Below, in pieces: positions 48,536-57,525 of a DNA stretch of 64,000 bases (position 1 is its first letter; the number at the start of each line of letters is the position of its first letter). The DNA is from a bacterium (GTDB lineage Bacteria; Zhuqueibacterota; QNDG01; JABMRT01). The DNA is taken from contig DSAP01000090.1 in assembly GCA_011046415.1 (NCBI GenBank), positions 4,590 to 68,589 of the forward strand, written 5' to 3'. A program made the position numbers and the translations under genes. The notes under the pieces were generated by a model. It was given only the letters and a program-made list of their open reading frames with translations. It was not told the DNA's origin and did no database searches.

Positions 48536-49213
48536 ATGGATATTTTTGAAGGCAGACAGGCTATTCGTGAACGGCTGTTGTCTGATGCCACCCATCGCAT
48601 GAAAAATATCATGGGTGGGATCAGCGGTTTTGCGGCTTTGATTTTAAAAGATTTAGACGAAGGATCGCATCATTATCCTTTGGTCGAACGGATTCAGGAA
48701 AATGTCATTCGCCTCGATCAGTTCCTCCTGGATGTCATGACTTTGGTTCGGGAACGGACAATGTATTCCGAGACCATCGATCTGCCGAGTACAGTCAGGG
48801 ACGTGTGTGTGAATCATTATGCGGATCCGGCCGACGACAACCCTGACTATCCCTTCAAGATCGAATCATCTCCATCGAGAATTCCGTTCAGGGCCGATCC
48901 GTTACTCATACGAAACGGATTATATCATGCGCTTCAGATTGTGGATGCGCTTTCGAGTAAAATCGAAACACTTCGGATCGAATCCGATGACGCGGCCGTG
49001 TCATTGCGTTATATCTTTGTCTGTGACAAATCCCTCAATGCCTTAAAGGAAGATATTCTGGCCGGATTGGGCAGCATTGAATCCGTCGATATACAACTGT
49101 CTCTCGCAGTCTGTCTGAAATTGATGCGGATGCACCAAGGGGAAGTTCAGATCGACCATCTGGACGGAAAACGCTGGATTTTCCTTCTGCGGTTCAGTCT
49201 GAATGACAGATGA
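48536..49213 (+). CDS. histidine-kinase-like protein with H-box but degenerate ATP-binding domain (no sensor)
   Basis: DHp helix HRMKNIMGGISGFAALIL, but the downstream region lacks DxGxG (G1) and GxGLGL (G2); 225 aa; directly upstream of the NtrC-family regulator. Confidence 0.5.
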   Translation: MDIFEGRQAIRERLLSDATHRMKNIMGGISGFAALILKDLDEGSHHYPLVERIQENVIRLDQFLLDVMTLVRERTMYSETIDLPSTVRDVCVNHYADPADDNPDYPFKIESSPSRIPFRADPLLIRNGLYHALQIVDALSSKIETLRIESDDAAVSLRYIFVCDKSLNALKEDILAGLGSIESVDIQLSLAVCLKLMRMHQGEVQIDHLDGKRWIFLLRFSLNDR

Positions 49214-49354
49214 AACAGGACGGAGTTTTCCCGGTCATCTATCAATAACGGTACGAAGTCTGTATGGTGAACGGCAAAAGGCAGGTGCGGGCGCGCGGGA
49301 TGCTCACTAAAAACCGTTTCATATGCAGATCAGGTTAGAAAGGAATCAGACGGT

Positions 49355-50728
49355 ATGGGCGCCGAACAGAAACGCATACTTGTCGTCGATGATGAAGATG
49401 TGATCAGGGAGCTTCTTTTCGAGATGCTTCAACGCAAATCGTACACCGTGGAAACCGCACCCACGGGCAAGGCCGCATTGCAGATGGCCGAGGAGAAGGC
49501 TTACGACCTGATCGTGAGTGATATCCGGCTTCCCGATGTGAGCGGAATGAAGATTCTCGACCGGCTCAAGAAGAAACAGCCGGATTTGGGCATCATTCTC
49601 ATCACGGCGTACGGCTCGATCAAGAACGCGGTGCGCGCCATGAAACAGGGGGCGTTCGATTATATCACAAAGCCCTTTGATCTGGATGAAATCGAATTGG
49701 TCATCGATAAGTATTTTGAATATCAGAATCTGGTCGTCGAGAACCAGTATCTCCGCTCGGAACTCGACAGGAAGTTCAGCTTCGAGAACATCGTCGGCGC
49801 CAGCGACCCCATGCAGCGTGTCTTCGATTCCATCCGCATGGTGGCCAGAAGCAGGGCCACGGTGCTGATTCAGGGATCCAGCGGCACAGGCAAAGAACTG
49901 GTGGCACGGGCGATTCATTACAACAGCGACCGCAAACACCGGGCTTTCATCACGACCAACTGCGCCGCGCTTCCCGAAGGACTGGTCGAAAGTGAACTGT
50001 TCGGCCATGAGAAAGGCGCATTCACCGGTGCCTATAGAACAAACATCGGGCGCTTCGAAATGGCCGACGGCGGCACCATTCTGCTCGACGAAGTCAGCGA
50101 AATCAGTCTGCCGCTTCAGGCCAAATTGCTCCGGGTCATCCAGGAGCGGGAAATCGAGAGAGTCGGAGGCGGGAAGCTCATTCCGGTGGACGTGCGAATC
50201 ATAGCGACCACCAACCGCAACCTGAAAGAGGAGGTCGAGAAAGATAACTTCCGTGCCGATCTCTTTTATCGGCTCAATGTGGTGCCGATCTATTTACCCC
50301 CGTTGTCCGAGAGACGCGAGGATATTCCCCTTCTGATCAAGTATTTCGTTCATAAATTTGCCGCAGAGAACGGGAGTCCCCTTAAATCCGTCTGCGAAGA
50401 GGCCATGCACATGTTGACCGAGAGAGATTGGCCCGGCAATGTCCGCGAAGTCGAGAACGCGGTGGAGAGAGCCGTGGTCATGAGCGGGCCGGACGTCAAT
50501 AACCTTGAATCCAAACATTTCTTTTTCTCGGATCAGTCCGAAGCCGCTTCTTCGTTTAAAATGGAGACCGGCCAGATGACGCTGCATGATATGGAGAAAA
50601 ACCTGATTCTCAAGACACTGAGAGAGAACGCGGATAATCGGACCAAAACGGCCGAGATTCTCGGAATCAGCGTACGTACGCTCCGCAATAAATTGAACGA
50701 GTACCGGGCCGACGGTATCACGGTTTAG
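49355..50728 (+). CDS. sigma-54-dependent response regulator / bacterial enhancer-binding protein (NtrC family)
   Basis: Receiver domain (phospho-Asp in DLIVSDIRLPDVSG), AAA+ sigma-54 activator domain (GSSGTGKELVARAIH, ESELFGHEKGAFTGA), C-terminal Fis-type HTH. Confidence 0.9.
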   Translation: MGAEQKRILVVDDEDVIRELLFEMLQRKSYTVETAPTGKAALQMAEEKAYDLIVSDIRLPDVSGMKILDRLKKKQPDLGIILITAYGSIKNAVRAMKQGAFDYITKPFDLDEIELVIDKYFEYQNLVVENQYLRSELDRKFSFENIVGASDPMQRVFDSIRMVARSRATVLIQGSSGTGKELVARAIHYNSDRKHRAFITTNCAALPEGLVESELFGHEKGAFTGAYRTNIGRFEMADGGTILLDEVSEISLPLQAKLLRVIQEREIERVGGGKLIPVDVRIIATTNRNLKEEVEKDNFRADLFYRLNVVPIYLPPLSERREDIPLLIKYFVHKFAAENGSPLKSVCEEAMHMLTERDWPGNVREVENAVERAVVMSGPDVNNLESKHFFFSDQSEAASSFKMETGQMTLHDMEKNLILKTLRENADNRTKTAEILGISVRTLRNKLNEYRADGITV

Positions 50729-50969
50729 CCTGAATCATCCCTTTCCTGAGGGATCTGGTGGAATTGAAAACCGAAGTTTGTGAATAGATGAGGGATTGGA
50801 TCGGGACTGAACCGTAACCGACTGTGGACTGTGCTTTTCCGGTTAATCAGGAAAAGGCAGGCCGAACAAAGCCGTATTTTTCACAATAAACCACGTTTCA
50901 AATTATAAACACACTGCACAGATCGGCAATTCTCTCCTGATCAATGGAAAGAAACCTTATCAGTGTTTT

Positions 50970-50984
50970 CTGATTCTGAATCAG
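50970..50984. promoter_or_regulatory. 15-bp perfect palindrome CTGATTC-T-GAATCAG, candidate enhancer site about 70 bp upstream of the 51050 sigma-54 promoter
   Basis: Perfect inverted repeat in a 400-bp AT-rich intergenic region. Confidence 0.3.
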
Positions 50985-51049
50985 CTTCCATTTGATTATC
51001 AAAGCATAACCAATTGTATATTCAGAGATTATATCAACCGTATACTCCA

Positions 51050-51065
51050 TGGCATGGATGTTGCT
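51050..51065 (+). promoter_or_regulatory. sigma-54 (-24/-12) promoter for the receiver / REC-PAS-HisKA operon
   Basis: TGGCAT-GGATG-TTGCT with GG-N10-GC spacing, about 60 bp upstream of the 51124 start. Confidence 0.5.
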
Positions 51066-51123
51066 TTTTGTCCGGTGTGTGAGATGTGTAAATGGTTAGA
51101 ATTTTCGGCCAAAGGAAATTATC

Positions 51124-51492
51124 GTGGAACCGGTCAAACATGTGCTGTTTGTCGATGATGAAGAGGAAGTCCTGAAAATCCTTGTGGATTATTTTTCGGA
51201 TACCGGGTATGCGTTGCATGTGGCCACCGGGGCCGAAGATGCGCTCAGGATCATCGGAGAAACGCCGATCGATCTGGTTTTTTCCGATCTCCGGCTCAAG
51301 GACGGCCTCGGAACGGATTTGCTGAACACGGTTAAGAAGACATACCCGGGGGCTCTCCGTGTCCTCACATCCGGGTATCTGGATATTCGCTTCGGAAAAA
51401 TTCAGGAAGACCAGGTGGACGGTACCCTGTATCTATCCAAGCCCTGGAACCTGGCAACGCTGAAGACCCTTATCGCCCAGCGGATTGGATGA
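51124..51492 (+). CDS. single-domain response regulator (CheY-like receiver)
   Basis: DDEEEV acidic pocket, phospho-Asp in DLVFSDLRL, conserved Lys in SKPW; GTG start. Confidence 0.7.
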   Translation: MEPVKHVLFVDDEEEVLKILVDYFSDTGYALHVATGAEDALRIIGETPIDLVFSDLRLKDGLGTDLLNTVKKTYPGALRVLTSGYLDIRFGKIQEDQVDGTLYLSKPWNLATLKTLIAQRIG

Positions 51493-52564
51493 ACACGTGG
51501 CTCAGAAGAAGAAAATCGTTTTTATCGACAACAAATCGGCATATCGGAAGATCGCGAAAGAGGCATTTCAATCGACACCCTATGAATGTGTGATATGCAA
51601 GACGGGGCAGGACGGATTGAATACGATCGCCTCCGTGCATCCCGATCTGGTGGTTGTCGAGGCTTTTCCTCCCGACATGTCCGGGGAAGAGATCTATCTG
51701 CAGTTTCTCTCCAATCCGGAATACCGCAACCTGAGGAAAATCCCGTTTATCGTCCTGACCGAGAATGGACATGTGGACCGGTCCCGGCTCTACGGCATGG
51801 GGTTCAGCGCCTGTATGAGAAAGCCGTTTAAAGCCAGAGAACTGATCGAGTTTGTCGAGGATGCCCTGGTCTCCCATCAAATCAAAATGGAAGAGATGTA
51901 TTGCTGGGAAACCATCCGCGAGGCCAAGGATTTTCTGGAACGCGTCGTTGAGACTTCTCTCGATGCCATCGTGACGACGGACAACGGCGGTATCATTACC
52001 TATTGCAACCGTGCCTGCGAAGAAATGCTTGGTTACAGCTTTCAGGAATTGATCGGCAAACGTGTCAGTCAGTTTCTGGTTTGCGGCGCCTCGGAGCTCC
52101 TAAAAATCAGCGCCTATCTGCGCAAACGCAATCAACTTCAGAATTATAAGACCGTGATCATCGGGAACAGAAATCAGAAGGTCTCCATCAATCTTTCCCT
52201 CTCGACGATGCGTGATTCCGAGGGAAAAGTCATGGGCGCCCTGGGGATCGCGAAAGAGACCGGGGGTGAAAAATTTGCCGAATATGATTCCCTGGCTTCG
52301 GGCCGTCTCGCGACCGTAGTCGAAACCGCCGTAGCCGTCAATCACGCGGTGAACAATCCGCTGGTGCCGATACTCGGGAATGCCCAGTTCTTGCTCCAGG
52401 ACGACAGGCTGATGGACGAGGACATCCGCCGCCGGCTCCGCGTGATCGTCAAGAATGCGTTGCGGATCCGTGATATCACACAGAAGTTGGCCAGCATATC
52501 CCATCCCGTGACCAAGGAATATCTCAAGGGCACCCGGATGCTGGACATCGACGCATCGACCTGA
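51485..52564 (+). CDS. atypical receiver-PAS-HisKA protein lacking the HATPase_c catalytic domain
   Basis: Receiver with Glu instead of phospho-Asp (DLVVVEAFPPDMSG), PAS (ETSLDAIVTTDNGGIITYCNRACEEMLGY), HisKA H-box (VNHAVNNPLVPILGNAQFLL); ends about 70 aa after the His. Confidence 0.6.
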   Translation: MDEHVAQKKKIVFIDNKSAYRKIAKEAFQSTPYECVICKTGQDGLNTIASVHPDLVVVEAFPPDMSGEEIYLQFLSNPEYRNLRKIPFIVLTENGHVDRSRLYGMGFSACMRKPFKARELIEFVEDALVSHQIKMEEMYCWETIREAKDFLERVVETSLDAIVTTDNGGIITYCNRACEEMLGYSFQELIGKRVSQFLVCGASELLKISAYLRKRNQLQNYKTVIIGNRNQKVSINLSLSTMRDSEGKVMGALGIAKETGGEKFAEYDSLASGRLATVVETAVAVNHAVNNPLVPILGNAQFLLQDDRLMDEDIRRRLRVIVKNALRIRDITQKLASISHPVTKEYLKGTRMLDIDAST

Positions 52565-52573
52565 ACCATCCCT

Positions 52574-52604
52574 ATAAAATAACTGTATTTTATCCCCCTT
52601 TTTT
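52574..52604 (+). terminator. terminator-like hairpin with C5T6 tail after the REC-PAS-HisKA gene
   Basis: ATAAAATA-ACTG-TATTTTAT then CCCCCTTTTTT; the stem is all AT, so it is weak. Confidence 0.3.
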
Positions 52605-52672
52605 CTTGCATTTTATGGGTACTTTCAGTAAGTTTTATCTCTGGAATTCTGTTTGACTTTGAGGAAAAGAAT

Positions 52673-53689
52673 TTGAAGGGCAGAGTAATCCTGGTTGTTT
52701 TTTATTTCCTGATTTCGGGAAATACGGTAACCGGTCTGACGGTGGGGAAATACGCGGGAGATTTCATGGCTGTGGGTGTCGGCGCCAGGGCGCTCGCCCT
52801 CGGAGGCGCTTTCACGGCCGTTGCAGATGATATTTCCGCAGGATACTGGAACCCGGCCGGTCTGTCGCGGCTTTCTCATGTCCAGGTGATGATGATGCAC
52901 GCCGAACGGTTTGGGGGGATTGTGAATTGGGATTTCATGGGAGTCGGGCTGCCGCTCCGGGGCGAATCCGCGGTTGCCCTTGGCCTGTATCGGCTCGGGA
53001 TCGACGGGATCCCCCTGACCCGGTTAAGGGATCCAAAACGGGAAATGGGCGATATCTATTTCGACGAATCCGGGAGGCGGCTTCAAAATGTGCCTTATGC
53101 CTATAAATACACCAGTCCCAATGATCTGGCACTTGTCGGTTCCTACAGCTCAAAGTTGGATGACAAGATACGGATCGGATTGAACGCCAGGCTGATTCGT
53201 CGCTCGGCGGATGTCTATGAAGCATGGGGAATGGGTTTCGACGCCGGTATCCTTGTTCATCTTGAAAACCGATGGCAAGTCGGAGCCATGATTCGGGACG
53301 CCACCGGTACGCTGCTGGCCTGGAACGGAGGACGGAAAGAATGGATTCTGCCCAGATTGCAGGTGGGTGTCGGTTATCCGTTCCAGGCCCGTTCGTTCTC
53401 CTTTCTCCCCATACTCGATGTGGCCATCCATTTCGACAATACCGTGCAAACCACGTTCAAGATGGGACGGGTAAGCATGGAGATCATGGGAGGCCTTGAA
53501 ATCTGTTACCAGAACCGAATCGCTTTGCGGTTCGGTTCAAACCGCGGTGCTTTGACGGCCGGTACCGGTTTCCGGATCGCTTTCTTTTCTGTGGATTATG
53601 GTTTTCAGACCCATTCGGAACTCGGACTCACACACCGTGTCTCGCTCACGATAACGGATATTCGGGATAAGCTCAGTCAAAACCGTTAA
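52673..53689 (+). CDS. PorQ/PorV-family (FadL-like) outer-membrane protein, T9SS-associated
   Basis: Signal peptide; N-terminal hallmark GARALALGGAFTAVADDISAGYWNPAGL; 338 aa beta-barrel-like. Confidence 0.55.
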   Translation: MKGRVILVVFYFLISGNTVTGLTVGKYAGDFMAVGVGARALALGGAFTAVADDISAGYWNPAGLSRLSHVQVMMMHAERFGGIVNWDFMGVGLPLRGESAVALGLYRLGIDGIPLTRLRDPKREMGDIYFDESGRRLQNVPYAYKYTSPNDLALVGSYSSKLDDKIRIGLNARLIRRSADVYEAWGMGFDAGILVHLENRWQVGAMIRDATGTLLAWNGGRKEWILPRLQVGVGYPFQARSFSFLPILDVAIHFDNTVQTTFKMGRVSMEIMGGLEICYQNRIALRFGSNRGALTAGTGFRIAFFSVDYGFQTHSELGLTHRVSLTITDIRDKLSQNR

Positions 53690-53783
53690 TTATTTCGTCA
53701 TTTTTTATTTTCATATTGATTCTCCGGTTTTATTTTTGTAAAATACACATTCTCAGGTGGTTATCATTATTTATGAGTACAGG

Positions 53784-54674
53784 ATGAAACAAATCACTGT
53801 CCGAAGCATGACAGGGTTGGGTGTGGCTGAAGTCCAGGAAAACGGCGTGACCGTCACGGTTGAAATCCGTGCGGTCAACAACCGGTTTCTCGAGATTTCG
53901 ACGCGGCTGCCCCAGTCCGCCTCCCGGCACGAACAGGAACTGCGCGAATACGTACGTTCCCGGATCGAACGGGGGAAATTATATATCACGATCACGGTAC
54001 AGCATGAGAACGGCAATCCGTTTGCATTGCGCGTCATGCCGGACAAAGCGAGGTCGATCCGGCATCTTTTAATGGAACTCAAGAAAGAGGCAGGCATCGA
54101 AGAATCCCTGACGCTTGATCATTTCCTGAAATTCTCTGAAATCTTTGAACCTGCAGAAAACGGAAGGTCTGATAAAAGCCTGTGGCCGCAAATTTTACAG
54201 GCTCTCGATCAGGCTCTGGGAAACCTCGATATCATACGTCTGAAAGAGGGCACTTGTCTGACTGAAGACCTGATTCACAGAATCGGGAAACTTGAGGAGA
54301 AAATCGAAGCCGTGGAACGGATCGCATCCGCGAATCTTCACGAAAAACATCAAAGAACAGTCGAACAGATCGGAACCCTGATCGGACAGTATTCGTTGAA
54401 TGAAGACCGCCTGTACACGGAAATCGCCATCCTTTCGGACCGGCTCGACATCACGGAAGAGTGTGTCCGTCTCAAAAGTCATGGCCGGCTTTTTCTCGAT
54501 TCGCTGCGATCCGGAAAGTCTGTGGGGAAAAAACTCACATTTTTACTCCAGGAAATGAACCGGGAGGTTAATACCATCAGTTCCAAGGCGGCCAGTTTGG
54601 AGATCAGCCATCTGGTCGTAGACATGAAAGAAGAAATCGAGAGAATGCGGGAACAGGTTCAGAATCTGGAGTGA
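53784..54674 (+). CDS. yicC: YicC/YloC-family protein (stress-induced; endoribonuclease YicC)
   Basis: N-terminal MKQITVRSMTGLG...VEIRAVNNRFLE and C-terminal LQEMNREVNTISSKA motifs; conserved yicC-gmk-rpoZ-coaBC neighbourhood. Confidence 0.8.
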   Translation: MKQITVRSMTGLGVAEVQENGVTVTVEIRAVNNRFLEISTRLPQSASRHEQELREYVRSRIERGKLYITITVQHENGNPFALRVMPDKARSIRHLLMELKKEAGIEESLTLDHFLKFSEIFEPAENGRSDKSLWPQILQALDQALGNLDIIRLKEGTCLTEDLIHRIGKLEEKIEAVERIASANLHEKHQRTVEQIGTLIGQYSLNEDRLYTEIAILSDRLDITEECVRLKSHGRLFLDSLRSGKSVGKKLTFLLQEMNREVNTISSKAASLEISHLVVDMKEEIERMREQVQNLE

Positions 54675-54705
54675 AAAACTGCATCGTCATCGGGGAAAAT
54701 GCGTT

Positions 54706-55239
54706 GTGTTTTCCGCGCCGTCGGGCGGGGGGAAAAGTACGGTGATCGGCGCGCTTTGCGAGATGGATCAGAGTCTCGAATATTCCGTCTCGGTAACAAC
54801 ACGCAGTCCCAGATCTGGAGAACAGGAAGGGATCGATTATTATTATCTCTCAAAAGATGCGTTTAAAAAGAAGATTCTTGAGGATGCGTTTTTGGAATGG
54901 GCCGAAGTGCATGGTGAATTTTACGGTACGCTTCGGAATGAAATAGAACGACGGATGTCTCAGGGGAAAATTATCCTTCTTGATATCGATGTGCAGGGAG
55001 GGCTTGCCGTGAAAAGAAGCATCCCCGAGGCATTGTTGATTTTTCTCTATCCTCCTTCCTGGGAGGTGCTCGAATCGCGGCTGAGAAATCGTGGAACGGA
55101 GACGATGGAAACCCTGCGCACCCGGCTCGAAGCGGCCAGACGGGAAACAGAAGTGGGAAGACAATATGATTTTCATGTAATTAACCAGGATATCAAAGAG
55201 ACCGTACTCGACGTATTCACCATTATCAACAAGGGTTAA
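54706..55239 (+). CDS. gmk: guanylate kinase
   Basis: P-loop SAPSGGGKST, GMP-binding SVSVTTRSPRSGEQEGIDYYY...EWAEVHGEFYGT; N-terminus uncertain (GTG at 54706 or upstream non-canonical start). Confidence 0.85.
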   Translation: MFSAPSGGGKSTVIGALCEMDQSLEYSVSVTTRSPRSGEQEGIDYYYLSKDAFKKKILEDAFLEWAEVHGEFYGTLRNEIERRMSQGKIILLDIDVQGGLAVKRSIPEALLIFLYPPSWEVLESRLRNRGTETMETLRTRLEAARRETEVGRQYDFHVINQDIKETVLDVFTIINKG

Positions 55240-55254
55240 CAGATCGGAGGATCT

Positions 55255-55548
55255 ATGGATAAAATCGCCCTGGAAGATTTATTGAAAGAGACAGACAATT
55301 TATATGAGACCGTGGTGGCCATGTCCAAACGGGCAAGACAGGTGAACGATGAACAGAAAAAAATTATCGATAAAGAGAGAGAAAACCTGCCTGTGCCTGA
55401 AACACGTGAGAGTGAAGATCTTGATGATGTTGAAATCGACCGTGAAGCACTGGCCCGGGAATATACAAAATATCCGAAACCGACTTTTGTGGCCATGAAC
55501 GAGATGAAAGAGAAGCAGATTCTCTGGGATTTTCCGGAAGAGGTTTGA
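55255..55548 (+). CDS. rpoZ: DNA-directed RNA polymerase subunit omega
   Basis: NLYETVVAMSKRARQV motif, 97 aa, located between gmk and coaBC. Confidence 0.8.
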   Translation: MDKIALEDLLKETDNLYETVVAMSKRARQVNDEQKKIIDKERENLPVPETRESEDLDDVEIDREALAREYTKYPKPTFVAMNEMKEKQILWDFPEEV

Positions 55549-55612
55549 TCCGGCATATTCATATGGTCGGGCCGGGAAATCAATCAACCGGATTATTCAG
55601 AGTGGCAGGTGG

Positions 55613-56824
55613 ATGAATCAGCGGTTCAAAGACAAACGGATACTGCTCGGCGTGACCGGCAGCATAGCGGCTTACAAGGCATGTCTCGTACTCAGACTGC
55701 TACAGGAGGAAGGGGCTGAGGTCCGTGTCGTGATGACGCGTGCGGCCCGTGAATTCATTGCCCCCCTGACCTTCGAGACGCTGACGGGGGAAGAGGTGGT
55801 CGAGGGACTCTTTTCCGCACGGCGTATCGAGCGGACCCGGCATATCCGCCTGGCCGAATGGGCGGACGGGATTCTGATCTGTCCGGCCACGGCGAATCTG
55901 ATCGCCAAGGTGGCTGCCGGCATCGCGGATGATTTCCTGAGCACGGTGATCTCGGCATCCCGGAGTCCCGTGATTTTTGCCCCGGCCATGGACCTCGAGA
56001 TGGCCAGGAATCCGATTTATCAGTCCAATTGCAGGAAGCTGGCCGATCTGGACTATCGGTTCGTTGCATCCGGTGAGGGTTTTCTGGCGAGCGGTGCGAC
56101 CGGTCCGGGCAGACTCGCCGATCCCGACCGGATCATCGACGGCGTGGCCACCGCGCTGTTGAAAGATTCCCGCTGGGCTGGCAAACGGGTCCTCATCACA
56201 GCCGGGCCGACACGCGAGCAGATCGACCCGGTCCGTTTCCTCAGCAACCGTTCCAGCGGAAAGATGGGGTATGCCCTCGCCGAAGCGGCCTTTCTCAGGG
56301 GCGCGGAGGTCACACTCGTGACGGGTCCAACTTTTCTCCGGGCGATGGAGGGTATTGCGGTCCACCGCATCGAAACCGCTTCGGAAATGGCCGGGCAGGT
56401 CGCATCGCTTTTCCCGGCATCGGACATGCTCATCATGGCGGCCGCCGTGGCGGATTATACACCGGCCGAACCGTCCGATCAGAAACTGAAAAAGGATGAA
56501 GCGAATTTGACGCTGTCTCTCAGCCGGACGGACGATATCCTGACCCGCGCCGCCGGGGATAAGGGAGGCCGGATCGTAGTAGGGTTTGCCCTCGAAACCC
56601 GGGATGGGGAGTTGCATGCCAGGGAAAAACTGAAAAAAAAGAATCTCGATCTCGTGTGCCTGAACAATCCGTTTGAGGAGGGCGCGGGATTCGAGACGGA
56701 TACGAACCGGATTACCCTCTTTGCACGGGACGGGACCGAAAAATGCCTGGGTCTTCTATCCAAGAAAGACACGGCCGAACGCATCCTCGATGAGGTGGAC
56801 CGCCTTTTGGCAGGAGGCGGATAA
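55613..56824 (+). CDS. coaBC: bifunctional phosphopantothenoylcysteine decarboxylase / phosphopantothenate-cysteine ligase
   Basis: Flavoprotein N-domain (ILLGVTGSIAAYKA, PAMDLEM) and CoaB C-domain; 403 aa. Confidence 0.9.
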   Translation: MNQRFKDKRILLGVTGSIAAYKACLVLRLLQEEGAEVRVVMTRAAREFIAPLTFETLTGEEVVEGLFSARRIERTRHIRLAEWADGILICPATANLIAKVAAGIADDFLSTVISASRSPVIFAPAMDLEMARNPIYQSNCRKLADLDYRFVASGEGFLASGATGPGRLADPDRIIDGVATALLKDSRWAGKRVLITAGPTREQIDPVRFLSNRSSGKMGYALAEAAFLRGAEVTLVTGPTFLRAMEGIAVHRIETASEMAGQVASLFPASDMLIMAAAVADYTPAEPSDQKLKKDEANLTLSLSRTDDILTRAAGDKGGRIVVGFALETRDGELHAREKLKKKNLDLVCLNNPFEEGAGFETDTNRITLFARDGTEKCLGLLSKKDTAERILDEVDRLLAGGG

Positions 56825-57525
56825 TGCCGTCCTGTGAGACGCAGACCATGCTCGGACAGGCCCGACGCTATTTCACGCAGATGGCCGAGCTGTTCGGATC
56901 CGACCTGATCCTGACGGAACCGGATGTCCTGTCCCGTTTGAATGGATCCGGTGATCCTCAAGCGTTGTCCGCGTTCTGTGAATCCATCCGCACATGCCGG
57001 AAATGTCACCTCGCGAAGAGCCGGACCCGTTTCGTATTTGGAACCGGGAATCCCCGCGCCAGGCTGATGCTGGTCGGCGAGGCACCCGGGGAGGAGGAAG
57101 ATCTCAGGGGAGAACCCTTTGTCGGCAAGGCCGGACAGCTTCTCGATAAGATTCTCGGCGCGATCGGATTCTCACGGGATGAGGTCTTTATCGCCAACAT
57201 ACTCAAATGCCGTCCTCCGAAGAACCGGGATCCCGAACAGGAGGAGATCCAAACCTGTTTGCCCCATCTTGAAAAGCAGATCGCGCTGATACAACCGGAT
57301 ATCATCGTTGCCCTGGGACGCATTGCGGCCCAGACCCTGCTCGGTTCCACGGACCCGCTGACAGAACTGCGCAGCCGTGTCCACCGTTATGCGGAGAGAC
57401 CGCTTTTGGTGACCTATCATCCGGCCGCCCTGCTTCGCAATCCGGAATGGAAGCGGCCGACGTGGGAAGACGTCCAGAAACTCAGAAAACTTTACGATGA
57501 ACTGGTTGGAGATAAACCCGGATGA
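56824..57525 (+). CDS. uracil-DNA glycosylase, family 4
   Basis: Fe-S Cys ligands (CRKCHL), GEAPGEEED and HPAALLRNP motifs. Confidence 0.8.
   Translation: MPSCETQTMLGQARRYFTQMAELFGSDLILTEPDVLSRLNGSGDPQALSAFCESIRTCRKCHLAKSRTRFVFGTGNPRARLMLVGEAPGEEEDLRGEPFVGKAGQLLDKILGAIGFSRDEVFIANILKCRPPKNRDPEQEEIQTCLPHLEKQIALIQPDIIVALGRIAAQTLLGSTDPLTELRSRVHRYAERPLLVTYHPAALLRNPEWKRPTWEDVQKLRKLYDELVGDKPG

Noticed and set aside
54679-54705. Extending gmk upstream to a CTG start to restore a longer N-terminus
   Set aside because: No canonical start codon in frame upstream of the GTG at 54706; kept the GTG start and flagged the N-terminus as uncertain.
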